DNA of 64,000 nucleotides from Octopus sinensis (GCF_006345805.1 NC_043002.1:89962001-90026000); one strand, 5' to 3'. Counted from the first letter of the stretch, positions 1 to 12,370 are shown. Numbers and translations are program-made. The notes: generated by a model from the letters alone, not told the origin.

Positions 1-105
1 GTTCAATCTCACAGCATGGTGCCTTGGGTTAGTGTCCTTTTCTGCAGCCTTGGGCCAATGTTAGTGACTTTGGTAGACTGAAGCTGAAAGAAGCTTGTTT
101 TATTA

Positions 106-535
106 TACTCTTTTACTTGTTTCAGTCATTTTACTGCGACCATGCTGGAGCACCGCCTTCAGTCAAGCAAATCGACCCCGGGATTTATTCTTTGTAAGCC
201 CAGTACTTATTCTATTGGTCTCTTTTGCCAATTTGCTAAGTGACGGGGATGTAAACACACCAGCATCGGTTGTCAAGCTATGCTAGGGGGACAAACACAG
301 ACACACAAACACACACACACACACACACACACACCACACACACACACACATACATATATATACATATATTTATGACGGGCTTCTTTGAGTTTCTGTCAAT
401 CAAATCCACTCACAAGGCTTTGGTTGGCCCGAGGCTATAGTTGAAGACACTTGCCCAAGATGCCACGCAGTGGGACTGAGCCTGGAACCATGTGGTTGGT
501 AAGCAAGCTACTTACTACACAGCCACTCCTACACT
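106..535 (-). mobile_element. tRNA-derived CORE-type SINE, family A (most abundant repeat in the window)
   Basis: Minus strand has the family head (consensus AGGAGTGGCTGTGTGGTAAG...GGTTCAGTCCC, A/B-box-like), a CTTGGGCAAGTG core, an internal (TA)/(TG) tract and a (GTAAAAGA)n tail. Further copies lie near 24830-25402, 26175-26530, 28211-28500, 30935-31390, 39022-39291, 42770-43195, 45720-46190 and 47146-47590. Confidence 0.85.
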
Positions 536-539
536 TGTC

Positions 540-955
540 CCCATCTGTTCGTGTCCGTTGCCAGCCTCGCCTGGCCCCCGTGCCGGTGACACGTAAAAGC
601 ACCATCTGTTTTGTGGCTGTTTGCCAGCTCTGTCTGGCCCCCGTGTTGGTGGCATGTAAAAGCACCATCCGTTCGTGTCCGTTGCCAGCCTCGCCTGGCC
701 CCGTGCCGGTGACACATAAAAGCACCATCCGTTCGTGGCCGTTTGCCAGCTCTGTCTGGCACCTGTGCGGGTGGCACGTAAAAAGCACCCACTACACTCA
801 CAGAGTGGTTGGCGTTAGGAAGGGCATCCAGCCGTAGAAACACTGCCAGATCTGACTGGGCCTGATGAAGCCTTCCAGCTTCACAGACCCCAGTTGAACC
901 GTCCAACCCATGCTAGCATGGAGAACGGACGCTAAATGATGATGATGATGATGAT
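540..955 (+). mobile_element. RTE-LINE 3'-end-derived repeat with internal ~62-bp tandem units and (GAT)n tail
   Basis: AAAAGCACC recurs near 595, 658, 718 and 781. It ends CCGTCCAACCCATGCTAGCATGGA...(GAT)n. The same tail is contiguous with the RTE ORF at 54159-56140. Confidence 0.75.
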
Positions 956-1228
956 ATCTGTAAATTATATATATAAATTATATATAAATATATATATATA
1001 TAGAATGGTTGTATACTGTCAATCTAACACGAACGTGACAGTAGGGGGGTACACCACCGCTGTATAGCCCTAGGAAGCAACGACGCCTCCTGATGGCTTT
1101 GACACATTTTTCCCTGTGTTCTTATATACATTTACGAAGGGGAGACAAATACCCCCGGCCGCCGGAGCTGCATCTAGGGACACGTGTTTCAGGATCATTG
1201 TCCTTCATAAATTAAAAATGGGAAGGCT

Positions 1229-1305
1229 GGTTTATAGGATTACCTTAAGGTTTTCCATCCATAAAGGGTTTAGCTTTATGGCATATCATCAGATCCCAAT
1301 AAACC
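1229..1305 (-). ncRNA. type-I hammerhead ribozyme-like motif
   Basis: Minus strand: GGTTTATTGGGAT-CTGATGA-TATGCCATAAAG(ctaaacc)CTTTATGGATG-GAAA-ACCTTAAGGT-A-ATCCTATAAACC. Helix I is about 12 bp, helix II about 11 bp, helix III is palindromic. There is one extra A in the GAAA run. Confidence 0.7.
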
Positions 1306-1984
1306 TGTTGGCATATGACCTCTTAAAAATATGGAGAGGTGAAATGTCTCACTACTCAAAGGTAACAATGGGGTTATCTCCATTTGCTATTTGCTATCAA
1401 CTTCCAGCTGTGCCACCATCTTGTGGGCTCCGCAAAGCTAGCAGGAATCTCCTGAAGTGTAATCATACGTTTACAAATTTTTTTTGCAAGATTCCTGTTA
1501 TGAAATCGTGTGTTGAAACAGATATTGTTATATTTCAGGATGATAATTTTTTTCTGCAGTGTGGAAGATGTTTATAAGCCATTTAAAAAACACACAAAAC
1601 CATTAGATTCACTTCAACATTTAAATTTAATTTGCCAAAATATTTTCATTGCTTTTAACGCATGCAAAGTATCACAACTCTAGCATCGCTCTGTCATTGT
1701 CAGCCAACGAACTTTTCAGCCTACCCTTGAATATTGATTGATCAGTCATAACAGTATTTCTCCTTAGAAAATACGTTTTATGGACATACTGTATGGAAAA
1801 CAATACATAATCATGAGAAACAGAGAGAGTAAAAGCAATCACCCTAAGACTGAAATGTAACTGGTGTTCTCACTGCTGCTGCAGGGACAATATTTTGTCT
1901 CCCTCTGATATTGTGTAGTGACACCACACCAATAAGTGACATAATCTTAGAACAAATACTTCAGAAATTTGTCTATTAACAGTA

Positions 1985-2361
1985 TACTCTTTTACTCTTT
2001 TACTTGTTTCAGTCATTTGACTGTGGCCATGCTGGAGCACCGCCTTTAATCGAGCAACTTGACCCCGAGACTTATTCTTTTGTAAGCCCAGTACTTATTC
2101 TATCGGACTCTTTTGCCGAACCGCTAAGTAACGGAGACATAAACACACCAGCATTGGTTGTCAAGCAATGCTAGGGGGACAAACACAGACACACAAACAC
2201 ACACACGCATATATATATACATATATACGACGGGCTTCTTTCAGTTTCCGTCTACCAAGGCTATAGTAGAAGACACTTACCCAAGGTGCCACGCAGTGGG
2301 ACTGAACCCGGAACCATGTGGTTGGTAAACAAGCTACTTACCACACAGCCACTCCTGCGCC
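1985..2361 (-). mobile_element. family A SINE (internally deleted)
   Basis: Same head and (GTAAAAGA)n tail as 106-535. Confidence 0.85.
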
Positions 2362-2374
2362 TATGTTTATATTT

Positions 2375-2603
2375 ATTTCTTTATTGCCCACAGGGGGCTA
2401 AACATAGAGAGGACAAACAAGGACAGAAAGGGACTAAGTTGATTACATTGATCCCAGTGCTTGACTGGTACTTATTTAATTGACCCTGAAAGGATGAAAG
2501 GCAAAGTCAACCTTGGCGGAATTTGAACTCAGAACGTAATTTCAGATGAAATATTGTTATGCATTTCACCTGGTGTGCTAATGATTCTGCCAGCTCACCG
2601 CCC
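2375..2603 (-). mobile_element. SINE with Nin/Deu-like central domain
   Basis: Contains GGTACTTATTTAATTGACCCTGAAAGGATGAAAGGCAAAGTCAACCTTGGCGGAATTTGAAC. A second copy lies at about 52743-52910 and degenerate copies near 5475-5660 and 19325-19440. Confidence 0.6.
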
Positions 2604-3996
2604 TACAGTATGCATATATTAAATAACATTGCGTATGATACACACACACACACGCACATACCCCCCCCCCCATATATATATATGCTGGTGGCACATAGAA
2701 AGTACTCAGCACGCACTGTTAAGTGGTTGGCATTAGGAAGGGCATCCAGCAGTAGAAACCATGCCACAACAGACATTTGGAGTCTGGACAGCTCCCAGCT
2801 GGCCAGCTCCATGTCAGACTGTCCAACCCATGCCAGCATGGAAAGCAGATGTTAAATGATGATGATGATATATAAACACACACAATTGAGTTTATCGTTT
2901 CATACTGGTTAGCATTTCATGTCCAAGTGATCATGCTTACTTCATTTCTTTCTCCTTCCAACATTTGGGAGAAAAATAAAAAAAATTAAATAATTGTGTC
3001 TTTAGATTCGCATTCTATGTATGTAGATTTTTTTTGTAAATAGGAAATAAGCAATAAATTAAATAAGCAAAATAGTAAAAAAAAAAAAAAATTCCTCAAA
3101 AACTGTGAAGTGTAAATGACTTTTGAAATGATGAATTTTTCATGAACCTACAAAATGTGACACTCATTCGGTATTCTCTACAGCACTTCATTCCTTTTCT
3201 CTTCAAGAGTTGCAGGAGGGAAACTTAAAATAATAACCTAAAAGAGTGAGAAGGAGAGCAATAACAACAACAACATCAACAATAAGAATGGTTTAAATTG
3301 GCCCTAGTGGATTAGCATAAATCTTTATTCTGATGTTGAGAATACTTTATAATGTACATTTTAATTTCAAAGACAATATTTTGAATACACTTAAAGAAGC
3401 TAAAATAATTTTTTCTTTCTCTTCATTCTTTTGTGAAAATAATAAATTAAAAGCAAAAGAAAAAGAAAAAGACAAAAACAAAAAAACAACCAACATCAAC
3501 AAAAAACCTTTTGGGGGTTTCTTCTGAATTTGTAAACCATTTTATCTTTGTCCGGAATAGAGAACAGAACTGAAAAGCAGTCTATAGAATGAGGAGAAAA
3601 CAAATTAAGCCATAGTTAAAAATAGGTGAAAATAAAATGAAAAAATAATAAAATAATACATATAAAAAGAATAAAAATAAAAATTGAAATCAATTTTTCC
3701 TCACCTATTCTTTAAAGTTATTGTTATTGTTATTATTTTTCTCTGTAATTTCTTGATTGAAATTTTAGTGAAGAATACTTCAATCTAATTTTACTTGTTT
3801 AATGAATAATTTTGCAGTTATGCACAACTGTTGTTCCACACCATCTCACCAACCATCAGCATTTTACGTTAAAAGAAACAACAACAAAAAAAAAACAAGA
3901 AAAAACTCTTCATTAAGAAAACCAATAAGATCAATGTTTTGAGGTGAGGGAGAGAGACAAAGAGAAAGAGAGAGAGAGAGAGTATTCAAAAGGTTT

Positions 3997-4062
3997 TTAT
4001 TTTAATGTTGGCACTGGTGGAATTGATGCAAGTACTAGGTCATAACACCTCACACTATCAAT
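3997..4062 (-). CDS. putative terminal coding exon of an unidentified gene (IDSVRCYDLVLASIPPVPTLK*)
   Basis: Acceptor TTCTTACAG at 4063, open frame to TAA at 3997-3999, followed by about 1.1 kb of TE-free AT-rich sequence resembling a 3' UTR. Confidence 0.35.
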   Translation of the reverse strand: MDSVRCYDLVLASIPPVPTLK

Positions 4063-4499
4063 CTGTAAGAATGGCAGAGTGTGGTATATTTGATTGAATT
4101 GGCTCTCACCATATGACATAGTTAACTTCAGAGCTGTTTATAGTCCCAATTACCGATATTGATGTTAGTGATAGTAACACTGTATAACATGATTTTGTCC
4201 TTGGGTAGCAACTGATTATTTTCTATTTGCTTACCCCTGGAAAGCATGTAAAATAGCTAATATTTCCTTCAGACTTTGCTTTTCTTGCATTTATACAAAA
4301 CCCAGGGAATTCCTCTCAACTCATGGCTATAACGATATCCCACTACTCTTGCTCATCAACAGAGATGCACATAGTGTCAGCCACTAAGGGACATGCTCAA
4401 GTAGTTAAGGTCAAGTAACTGACAAGCAAATCTGTGGTATTGAGCATAATATTTACTAAACTTTTTTGTACTTGTTGAATATGGAGGAAGGGGCAGTAC

Positions 4500-4990
4500 C
4501 CATAGTTTTTACAGGCCCTCTGAGACCAGCGAGCTTGATGACGTTCATGTTTTGTTTAAACTGTTTGCAAAGAGAACATTCCATAGAACTTCTGTTTTGG
4601 AGATGAAGTGCTGGGCATAGGGATTAGTGCAGGAATGGAGGGCAAGGATGGATGATACAAAGGTGATGAGAAGTGAACACATGAATGGGTTGAAGGCACC
4701 TGAACAGAAAAGGTATGAGATCAACCGGCACCAAAAAACAGAGACATTTAAAGCAGTGATAGAGAAGACAGAGAAAGAGAGAGAGAGAAAACAACATGAC
4801 TGTGAGTTAGAGGTTGGAGTGTGTCTGTTAGTGATTTAGTGCCTATTACTTGAGAGGCTCTTCTCTGGATGCAGTCCAGGATGTCATCATGTGTAACAGC
4901 AGTGCCAGCCCTGATGTAAGAGTAATACTCTATTGTGGGTCTCACTTAAGCCTTATAGAGTATCATGCCTGATGTTTATTTTATTGCACC
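4500..4990 (-). pseudogene. decayed CR1/Jockey-group LINE ORF2 C-terminal fragment
   Basis: ORF 4748-4945 reads RPTIEYYSYIRAG...LDCIQRRASQVIG, matching the post-RT RPxLEY...LxxIQRRA motif. Confidence 0.6.
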
Positions 4991-5960
4991 TCCAATGAAA
5001 TGGATTAAAAAGTAAACCTCTGGTGGGATGGATTAAGACTAAAGTAAAAGTAAAGTCTAATGAGATTTGAACTCTGGATGTTGAGGAACAAAACTGAATG
5101 CTGCCATGCATGGTCAGTGCCAGTGGCACCTTGCGAGGCACCTGTACCACTCGTACACAAGAGGCAGCAATGCTGGTGACATGCCAAAGGTACTTGAGCC
5201 AGTGACACACAAGAGGCACCTGTGCTGGTGACAAACAAGAAGCACCCATGCTGATGACACACAAACGGCACTGAGTACACTCTATGGAGTGGTTGGCATA
5301 AAGAAGGGCACCTAGTCATAGAAACCAAGCCAAAACAGATTGGAGCTTGGTGCAGTTCTCCAGCATATCAGTTCCAGTCAAGCCACCTAATCTAAACCAG
5401 CATGGAAAATGGACACTAAATGATGATGTACCACTACAAACTGTGCATGGTTTTGATGTTGGAGATAATAACGGTTTCAAATTTTGGTACAAGACCAGCA
5501 ATTTTGGGGGTAGAGAGTTAGTCAATACCATCGGTCCCAGTACTTAGTTGGTACATTTTATTGACTCTGAAGGAATGAATTACAAAGTTAATCTCAGCAA
5601 AATTTGCGCTCAAAATGTAGCCGGTTGGAAGAAATACCACAAGGTATTTCTTCTGATGCTCTTCTGATGCATCCCCACCACAACCACCATCACTATTACC
5701 TGTTCATTATTTTCCATACACTGTTTAAATAAGTCTTCTGTTCAGAATCTCTCACATGTTACAGAGCTTTGTTGAGCCCTTCAAGAGGTTCAGCGTCCTG
5801 AGTTCAGTCTTTGCCACTCCTTTTTATATCCTCCAGTTCAGTGTCCATGTTTTCCTCAGTTTTTCTTCTCCAGATTACATCAACTTGGACACTTCTTTGC
5901 CACTTCTTCACTGTCCCTACCTATACATTATTATTATTATTATATTATTATTATTATTAT

Positions 5961-6445
5961 TGAGTGAGAGAGCAGTGCATGCCATCAAATTGACACTGGG
6001 GTCAAATATACAAAGCCCAGTATACCCATCATGACTACCCGTCTGATAAGGGTACACCAGGCATATGCATCACAACCATATGTGTGCGACATGGTGTTTA
6101 TATATCAAGATAAACAGTGCATGACCTTGCAGGTGGGGCCCAGCTAGAATTTTCTTCTGGTTGAGTAACCCATCCTGCTCAAAAGGTCCCTGAATAAGGG
6201 TTGTTTAAGGATGTTGAATGAAACGCCCATGTTTCCAGAGGTGAATTATTCAAACCCTAAATAATCCCTCTCAACACATGGCTATGATGCTCCACAACTA
6301 CTTCTGCTCATGATCAGAGATGCACATATCGTCAGCCAATAAGGGACATGCTCAACTGGTTACGGTCAAGCAAATCTGTGGTATTGAGCAGAATATTTGC
6401 TGTAGCCCATCTTTTATACCAAGACAAAACAATGTACATGATAAC
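5961..6445 (-). mobile_element. ~490-bp non-autonomous retroposon with (TAA)n tail and no recognisable tRNA head
   Basis: Near-identical inverted copy at 60211-60706; both end in (TAA)n. Confidence 0.7.
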
Positions 6446-6479
6446 AATCATCATCATCATCATCATCATCATCATTATT

Positions 6480-7967
6480 TAAGACATCATGCAGTATCCA
6501 ATATTGTGATGTTGTTGATTGAAGATATTGCCTACCAGGGGTTTGTATTGTCTGTCAAGTCACAGCTAGGACCTCAGACAGATAGTACTTTACATAATAT
6601 ATGTGCAGTTCCAAGTAATGCTGATTTTTGCAATACTCCTAGATTGTAGGGTATTTCTAAAATTTCCAGATATTTTTTCAGGTTGGGTGGTCTGAAACCC
6701 AATGCTCCAATGATAATAGAGACAACCTTAATTTTTGACTCTTCTAGTAGCCACATTTTGATGATCTCAGTTCTCAGCTCTCCATATTTATCTATCTTTT
6801 TCTCTTTCTTTCATGATAATATGTTGATCTCCTGGCACTGCCATGTAACTTATTAGGCGCTCTTGTTTGTCCCTCCAAGAGGTTACTGTATCCAGCCTTC
6901 GGTACTCTAGCACCTTGTTTATCTGGAAGTAAAAGTCCCAGAGGTTTTTTTGCCTTCCTCTTTTGTCCATTACTTTTTCCAGTGTATGTTGGTACCAAGT
7001 ACCTGTTACCTCATATCCATACTTCCAGCATAGTAGCCAGTGAAGGTTTCAGGCTGCCTCGTCATGTCTGCTCTTGTACTCTTTCTGCGCACGACTTTCA
7101 CAAGCACTAACAATGTGAGTCACACTTCCAACCGTCTTCCAACACATTCTGCACAGGTTTGTTGCACTGGGTATAATGGAAAGTGTCAGCTGTCTATAGT
7201 CAGCAGTTTAAGGTGACACATGTTTACTGATCATACTCCAAGAATCCTGTACAGTTCTCTTGCAGATCCAAGCAATGACGATTTGTTTTCTAGGACTTTA
7301 TCATCATCATCGTTTATCGCCTGTTTTCCATGCTAGCCTGGGTTGGACGGTTTGACCAGGGTCTGGGAAGCGAGGAGGCTGCACCAGGCTCCAGTCTGAT
7401 CTGGCAGTGTTTCTACAACTGGATGCCCTTCCTAACGCTGACCACTTCTATCCTCATATTCATTCCAGTCTTTTTGACCCATGCTGGTATTTGGGTACTG
7501 ATACTTCCAAGTGTACACTCACTAGTGATATCATGTCCACTCTCTTCATTGTCTACAACCTGTATATTTCCCACTTCAATTCATCAGAATTCTTCGCTTT
7601 TCCTCCTTCTTCTTTCTCTTCAAGCCTATTGTTACCAGGACGGGCCATATCAATTACCCAGCAAGTCTTTTCTTTTCTGTTCACTACAACATTGTCAGGT
7701 TTTCAATGTTAAGTCTGATGGTCACACTGAATCAAAGCATCCCACACGATTCTGCAATCGTCATTCTCAGTAACTCCTTCTGAGTCATACCATGTCTTTG
7801 ATCTTTCTAGGCCATAATTTCCACAAAGCTCCCAATGGATCATTCTTGCCACATTGTCATATTACCTTTTGTATTCACGTTCTACCAGTTTTACACATTC
7901 ACTAACAACATGCCATGTTGTTTCACTCCTCTCACCACATTTTGTGTATTTGCTGCGCTTGGTTAAT
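6480..7967 (-). pseudogene. R4/Dong-like non-LTR retrotransposon 3' fragment (CCHC knuckle plus restriction-like endonuclease)
   Basis: Minus-strand translation gives CRMCWKTVGSVTHIVSAC...RHD, LWDFYFQINKVLEYRRLDTV and IIIGALG...LQKSALLGTAHIL. It is frameshifted and interrupted by an RTE-tail repeat at about 7300-7445. Confidence 0.8.
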
Positions 7968-8101
7968 CTTCTTCTTCTTCTTCTTCATCTTCTTCATCTT
8001 CTTCGTCTTCTTCGTCGTCTTCTTCTTCTTCTTCTTCTTCTTCTTCTTCTTCTTCTTCTTCTTCTTCTTCTTCTTCTTCTTCTTCTTCTTCTTCTTCTTC
8101 C
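7968..8101. repeat. (CTT)n microsatellite
   Basis: Directly visible tract. Confidence 0.95.
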
Positions 8102-8110
8102 TCCTATATA

Positions 8111-8148
<38 letters not shown>

Positions 8149-8319
8149 CATTCTTCTACTCTTTTATTCTTTTACTTGTTTCAGTAATCTGACTGTGTCC
8201 ATGCTAGAACACCACCTTAAAGGGTTTTTATTAGTTGAAGAAATCAACTCCAGGACTTATTCTTTATAAGCCTGGTACTTATTCTATTAGTTTTTATTGC
8301 TAAACTGCCTCCACTTGTG

Positions 8320-8358
<39 letters not shown>

Positions 8359-8568
8359 ATTTTAAAACTGATGTAATACTTACAATGTTTAATAAAATGA
8401 AGTAGCATGAAACAATTGTACTACTCTACCTTGGATATACTTGTTGCTTATTTTGATTATAATCACCCCATTTGATTTATATGGATAATACCATACAAAA
8501 TCCTGGTGCCTTTAACTTAAGTACCATATTCTTCTGAATCTAAATTTTGCTGAACTTATATTACCATA

Positions 8569-8599
<31 letters not shown>

Positions 8600-9185
8600 A
8601 TGGGTTTCTTTCAATTACCATCTACGAAATCTGCCCACAAGGTCTTGGTCAGCTTAAGGCTATAATGAAAGATTCTTGCCAAAGGTAGGACTGATCCTGG
8701 AATCATGTGGTTGGGAAGCAAGCTTCTTACCAAGCCATGCCTGCACCTAATGTGAATTTATTTTTAAAACAGTCTTTCTCTTGTTTCTCAGTATTTGTTC
8801 AAATACCCCATGACTGTCACATGTATACTATTACATAACATAGTTGACCTTGTCTTTTTTTACAGATTTCCTCTAATGTTCTGTTTGTGTAATATAATCT
8901 ACCATTGTTCTATTTATGTCATCTATATATGTCAATTTTACTTTATTTTCCAGATTGACATGATGGTTCACCTGATCAAGGCTAATTACCAGATGAAGAG
9001 TAATTAATTACTAGAGAGAGAAAGAGAGAGACTGTGAGGATTATTTCACTTTTGTCTCTCCCCGATACAGAGTTTCCAGCAAAGTAAGAATTGTTGATTG
9101 TGTCATTCATGTTTCTGTTATGTTTGTTTTTTTTTTATACAGTTTCTTAAGTGAATGGGATAGCTGTGTTGGACTTGATACTCTG

Positions 9186-9187
<2 letters not shown>

Positions 9188-9224
<37 letters not shown>

Positions 9225-9297
9225 AGAGGAAGAAGAAGAGAAGAAGAAGAAGAAGAAGAAGAAGAAGAAGAAGAAGAAGAAGAAGAAGAAGAAGAAG
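9188..9297. repeat. (GA)n-(GAA)n polypurine microsatellite
   Basis: Directly visible tract. Confidence 0.95.
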
Positions 9298-9935
9298 GGA
9301 GAAACTACGTGTGCGAATATTTCCATATATGTGTGAATATTTCTGTATATGAGGAAGTGTGTGTGTGAAAGCACTTAGAGGAAATGTACTTGAGTTTTAG
9401 TGAGGGGGCAGGTTTTATTTAGTCTTTGTGTATAAGGTTGCAATAATGTACAGAAATAAGTAATGTGACCAGTTTTAGATTCACAAAGGCGGTAGACTAC
9501 ATCCCTTAACCACAGCAAGAACATTGGATTTCAAAGTTAATCTTCTTTGTTTCTTTATTTCAGCAACTTGTTGTTAGTTCAGCACAGATTCAAACTAGAA
9601 AATGTTGCAAAGGCTTAACATATTAAACACAGTATCAATCTCTTGGCATTCTGCCATAGAACTGAGTTGTTGTCAACAAATCAAGCCTTCAGCTCCTCAG
9701 ATTTCATTTTATTTTTTTTACCGTCCAACCCATGCTAGCATGGAGAACGGACGTTAAACGACGATGATGATGATGATGATGAACTGAAATTATAAAGTAA
9801 GAGACAAATTATTTAGTAATATAATCACAAACCAACTGACATTTTCTCCCAGTTTAAATTGCAGTGGTCTAATTCTTCTGATATGAAATTATGTTTGACT
9901 GCATTCTATTGAGTAATGTCATGTATGAATACATT

Positions 9936-10321
9936 GTGGAGGCGCAATGGCCCAGTGGTTAGGGCAGCGGACTCGCGGTCATAGGATCGTGGTTTCGATT
10001 CCCAGACCAGGCGTTGTGAGTGTTTATTGAGTGAAAACACCTAAAGCTCCACGAGGCTCCTGCAGGGGGTGGTGGTGATCCCTGCTGTACTCTTTCACCA
10101 CAACTTTCTCTCACTCTTTCTTCCTGTTTCTGTTGTACCTGTATTTCAAAGGGCTGGCCTTGTCACTCTCTGTGTCACGCTGAATATCCCTGAAAATTAC
10201 GTTAAGGGTACATATGTCTGTGGAGTGCTCAGCCACTTACACGTTAATTTCATGAGCAGGCTGTTCCGTTGATTCGGATTAATCGGAACCCTCGTCGTCG
10301 TAACCGACGGAGTGCTTCCAA
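9936..10321 (+). mobile_element. tRNA-Arg-derived SINE (OR-like), full length with target-site duplication
   Basis: A box TGGCCCAGTGG, anticodon-arm-like GACTCGCGGTC and B box GTTTCGATTCC. Flanked by 13-bp GTATGAATACATT at 9923-9935 and 10322-10334. Confidence 0.9.
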
Positions 10322-10789
10322 GTATGAATACATTATAAATGAAGATTCTGGTCATCTTTGAAAGTAGAAGATGGATTTCCCAAACATGCACTACTCTTAG
10401 TCACATCTACATTTTCTAGAATACTCTTGTCTTCTTTGACTTGTGCAAATCACATCATTGAAATCCCAAAGCTATGAGATAATGCATGAGTAATTCAAAA
10501 CAATATGAATAAGCCTTACATGTGAAAGAGTAATCCAAAATGCTAAAGAGATAATAAAGTTGGGATAATTTTGAAAATAAATTGAAATAAAGGTAGTGTA
10601 TATTTCAACAGAAATAGGGTAATAGAAAGGTTAATCTCCAGGTGTTAAAATGCTACATTAATTCCACTAATTCCAATGGGTTGTTTGTTAACTTTAGACT
10701 CTAAAAAAAATTCCTTGCCAAAAGATATGAAGTTCAGCCATCTTCTCAGTCAGCCAACCTCGGTCTCTGGCAACTTGTCAATCTCTTAC

Positions 10790-10892
10790 AAACTGCTCTT
10801 AACAGAAGTTGTAAGGGTTTTATAGAATTCATCTTTAATCCCTGCTACAACAGCTCCTGGTTTTGTTCCATTTTCTCTTGTTGCCAATTGAA
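10790..10892 (-). CDS. putative internal exon (QLATRENGTKPGAVVAGIKDEFYKTLTTSVKSS)
   Basis: Acceptor TACTCCAG, donor GTAAGA, 103-nt open frame in non-repeat sequence. Confidence 0.35.
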
Positions 10893-12080
10893 CTGGAGTA
10901 TACACACACATATATATATATATATACATCATAGTCACTATCATCATCATTTGAAACCCAAAACGGGTGTTAAAATACAAGAAGGGAACACTCAACATCC
11001 AGTACTCAGTTAACTTTATATTATAACATCATCAATGACAAAAACTTTATGTATATTCCTCGTGCTGGTATGGGTTAGATAGTTTGACTGGTAAGCTAGA
11101 GAGTTGCACCAGTCTCCAGTCTGTTTCGGCTTAGTTTCTATGGCTGGATACCTTTCTTAATGCCAACCACTCTACAGAGTGTACTGGGTATCTTTTATAT
11201 GTCACTGACAAAGGTGCCTTTTACATGTCACCGGCACTGACCACAACCTTGATTTTACTTAACTGGTTGTGTCTTCCTAAGCACAGCAAATTGCCAGAAG
11301 TCTCAGTCACTTCTCCATAAATATGCAGTATATGTAGATGAGGTAGCATTAAATCAAAATAACCATCCACGTATCATACTTAATGCATATACAGTGTTGA
11401 TAGGCTAGTTGCTGTGCTATCTATCTTGATATAACACCTCTTATGGACATGCAGTGTTAAAAACACTATAAATATTAGAGTGAGATGAAAATTTGTCCCA
11501 ATCATCTGTTGCCAGTTAGAATGCCAGAACCATTTTTGCCTACTAGCTGAGATGGTAATCAACAATGGATTGAATTACTATAGAGTAAACATTCTATGGT
11601 GATTATGCAGTCACCTATGTAGCTGCATGACATAGGAGTATACACCAGAGAAATAGGAATAAAGCTTATGTCATTTATGATGTTATAAGATAAATTTAAC
11701 TGAGTACTGGATACGAGTGTTCCACCCTTGTATTTTATATTATCCATCAATCCATCTATCAGAGGAGGCACAAGCATTTCCACACACATGGAATCTCTGC
11801 TTACCAAATCCATTCACAAGACTTCACTTGGCTCAAAGCTATAGTAGAAGACTAAGGTACCGCACAGTGAGACTGAACCTGAAACCATGTGGTTGGGAAG
11901 TAAGCTCCATACACATATAGCCATGCTTGCATCTATAAATATGTGTATGTGAGTGTGTGTGTGTGGCAGGTTTTTCTACAGCTGGATGCCCTTCCTGATG
12001 CTAACACTCACCAGAGCATCAGGATTACACCAATGCTTCAACTCATTGTTGAAGCATTGATGTAACCATGATGTTCTGGT

Positions 12081-12238
12081 GATCTGATGAGCTAGCTTTC
12101 GTCATCTGCACTGATTTGTAAATATTCAAAGTATTGTGTAATGCATAGCATGTATATTAGTGCAGACATGGAAACAGAATTTATTATTCATTGAAATTAT
12201 TATTATTACAAGATGAAGGCTGTGAAACAGCTGTAACC
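12081..12238 (+). ncRNA. hammerhead ribozyme-like motif with long branched helix II
   Basis: CTGATGA at 12084-12090, TAGCTTTC pairing with GAAGGCTG to close a 133-nt helix II domain, and GAAACAGCTGTA at 12224-12235 with palindromic ACAGCTGT helix III. Confidence 0.65.
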
Positions 12239-12338
12239 CTAAGGATGACAAGTGGTTAAATAAATATATTCTCTTCTCATGCTTCCTAGCTTTTTATGGT
12301 TTATAAATATATATATATATCATCATCATCATCATCAT

Positions 12339-12370
<32 letters not shown>

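Noticed and set aside
435-906. Overlapping 66-128 aa ORFs
   Set aside because: They lie entirely in SINE and RTE-tail repeats, and similar peptides recur at other repeat copies.
7854-8192. Poly-Leu and poly-Phe ORFs, and similar YIYI/CVCV/HTHT ORFs throughout
   Set aside because: They are translations of microsatellites.
8954-9007. Plus-strand acceptor-like site with a short open frame (another at 9564)
   Set aside because: No consistent exon chain or recognisable peptide; likely pseudo-exons.
9940-10010. tRNA-Arg-like sequence
   Set aside because: It is the head of a SINE with a body and target duplication, not a stand-alone tRNA gene.
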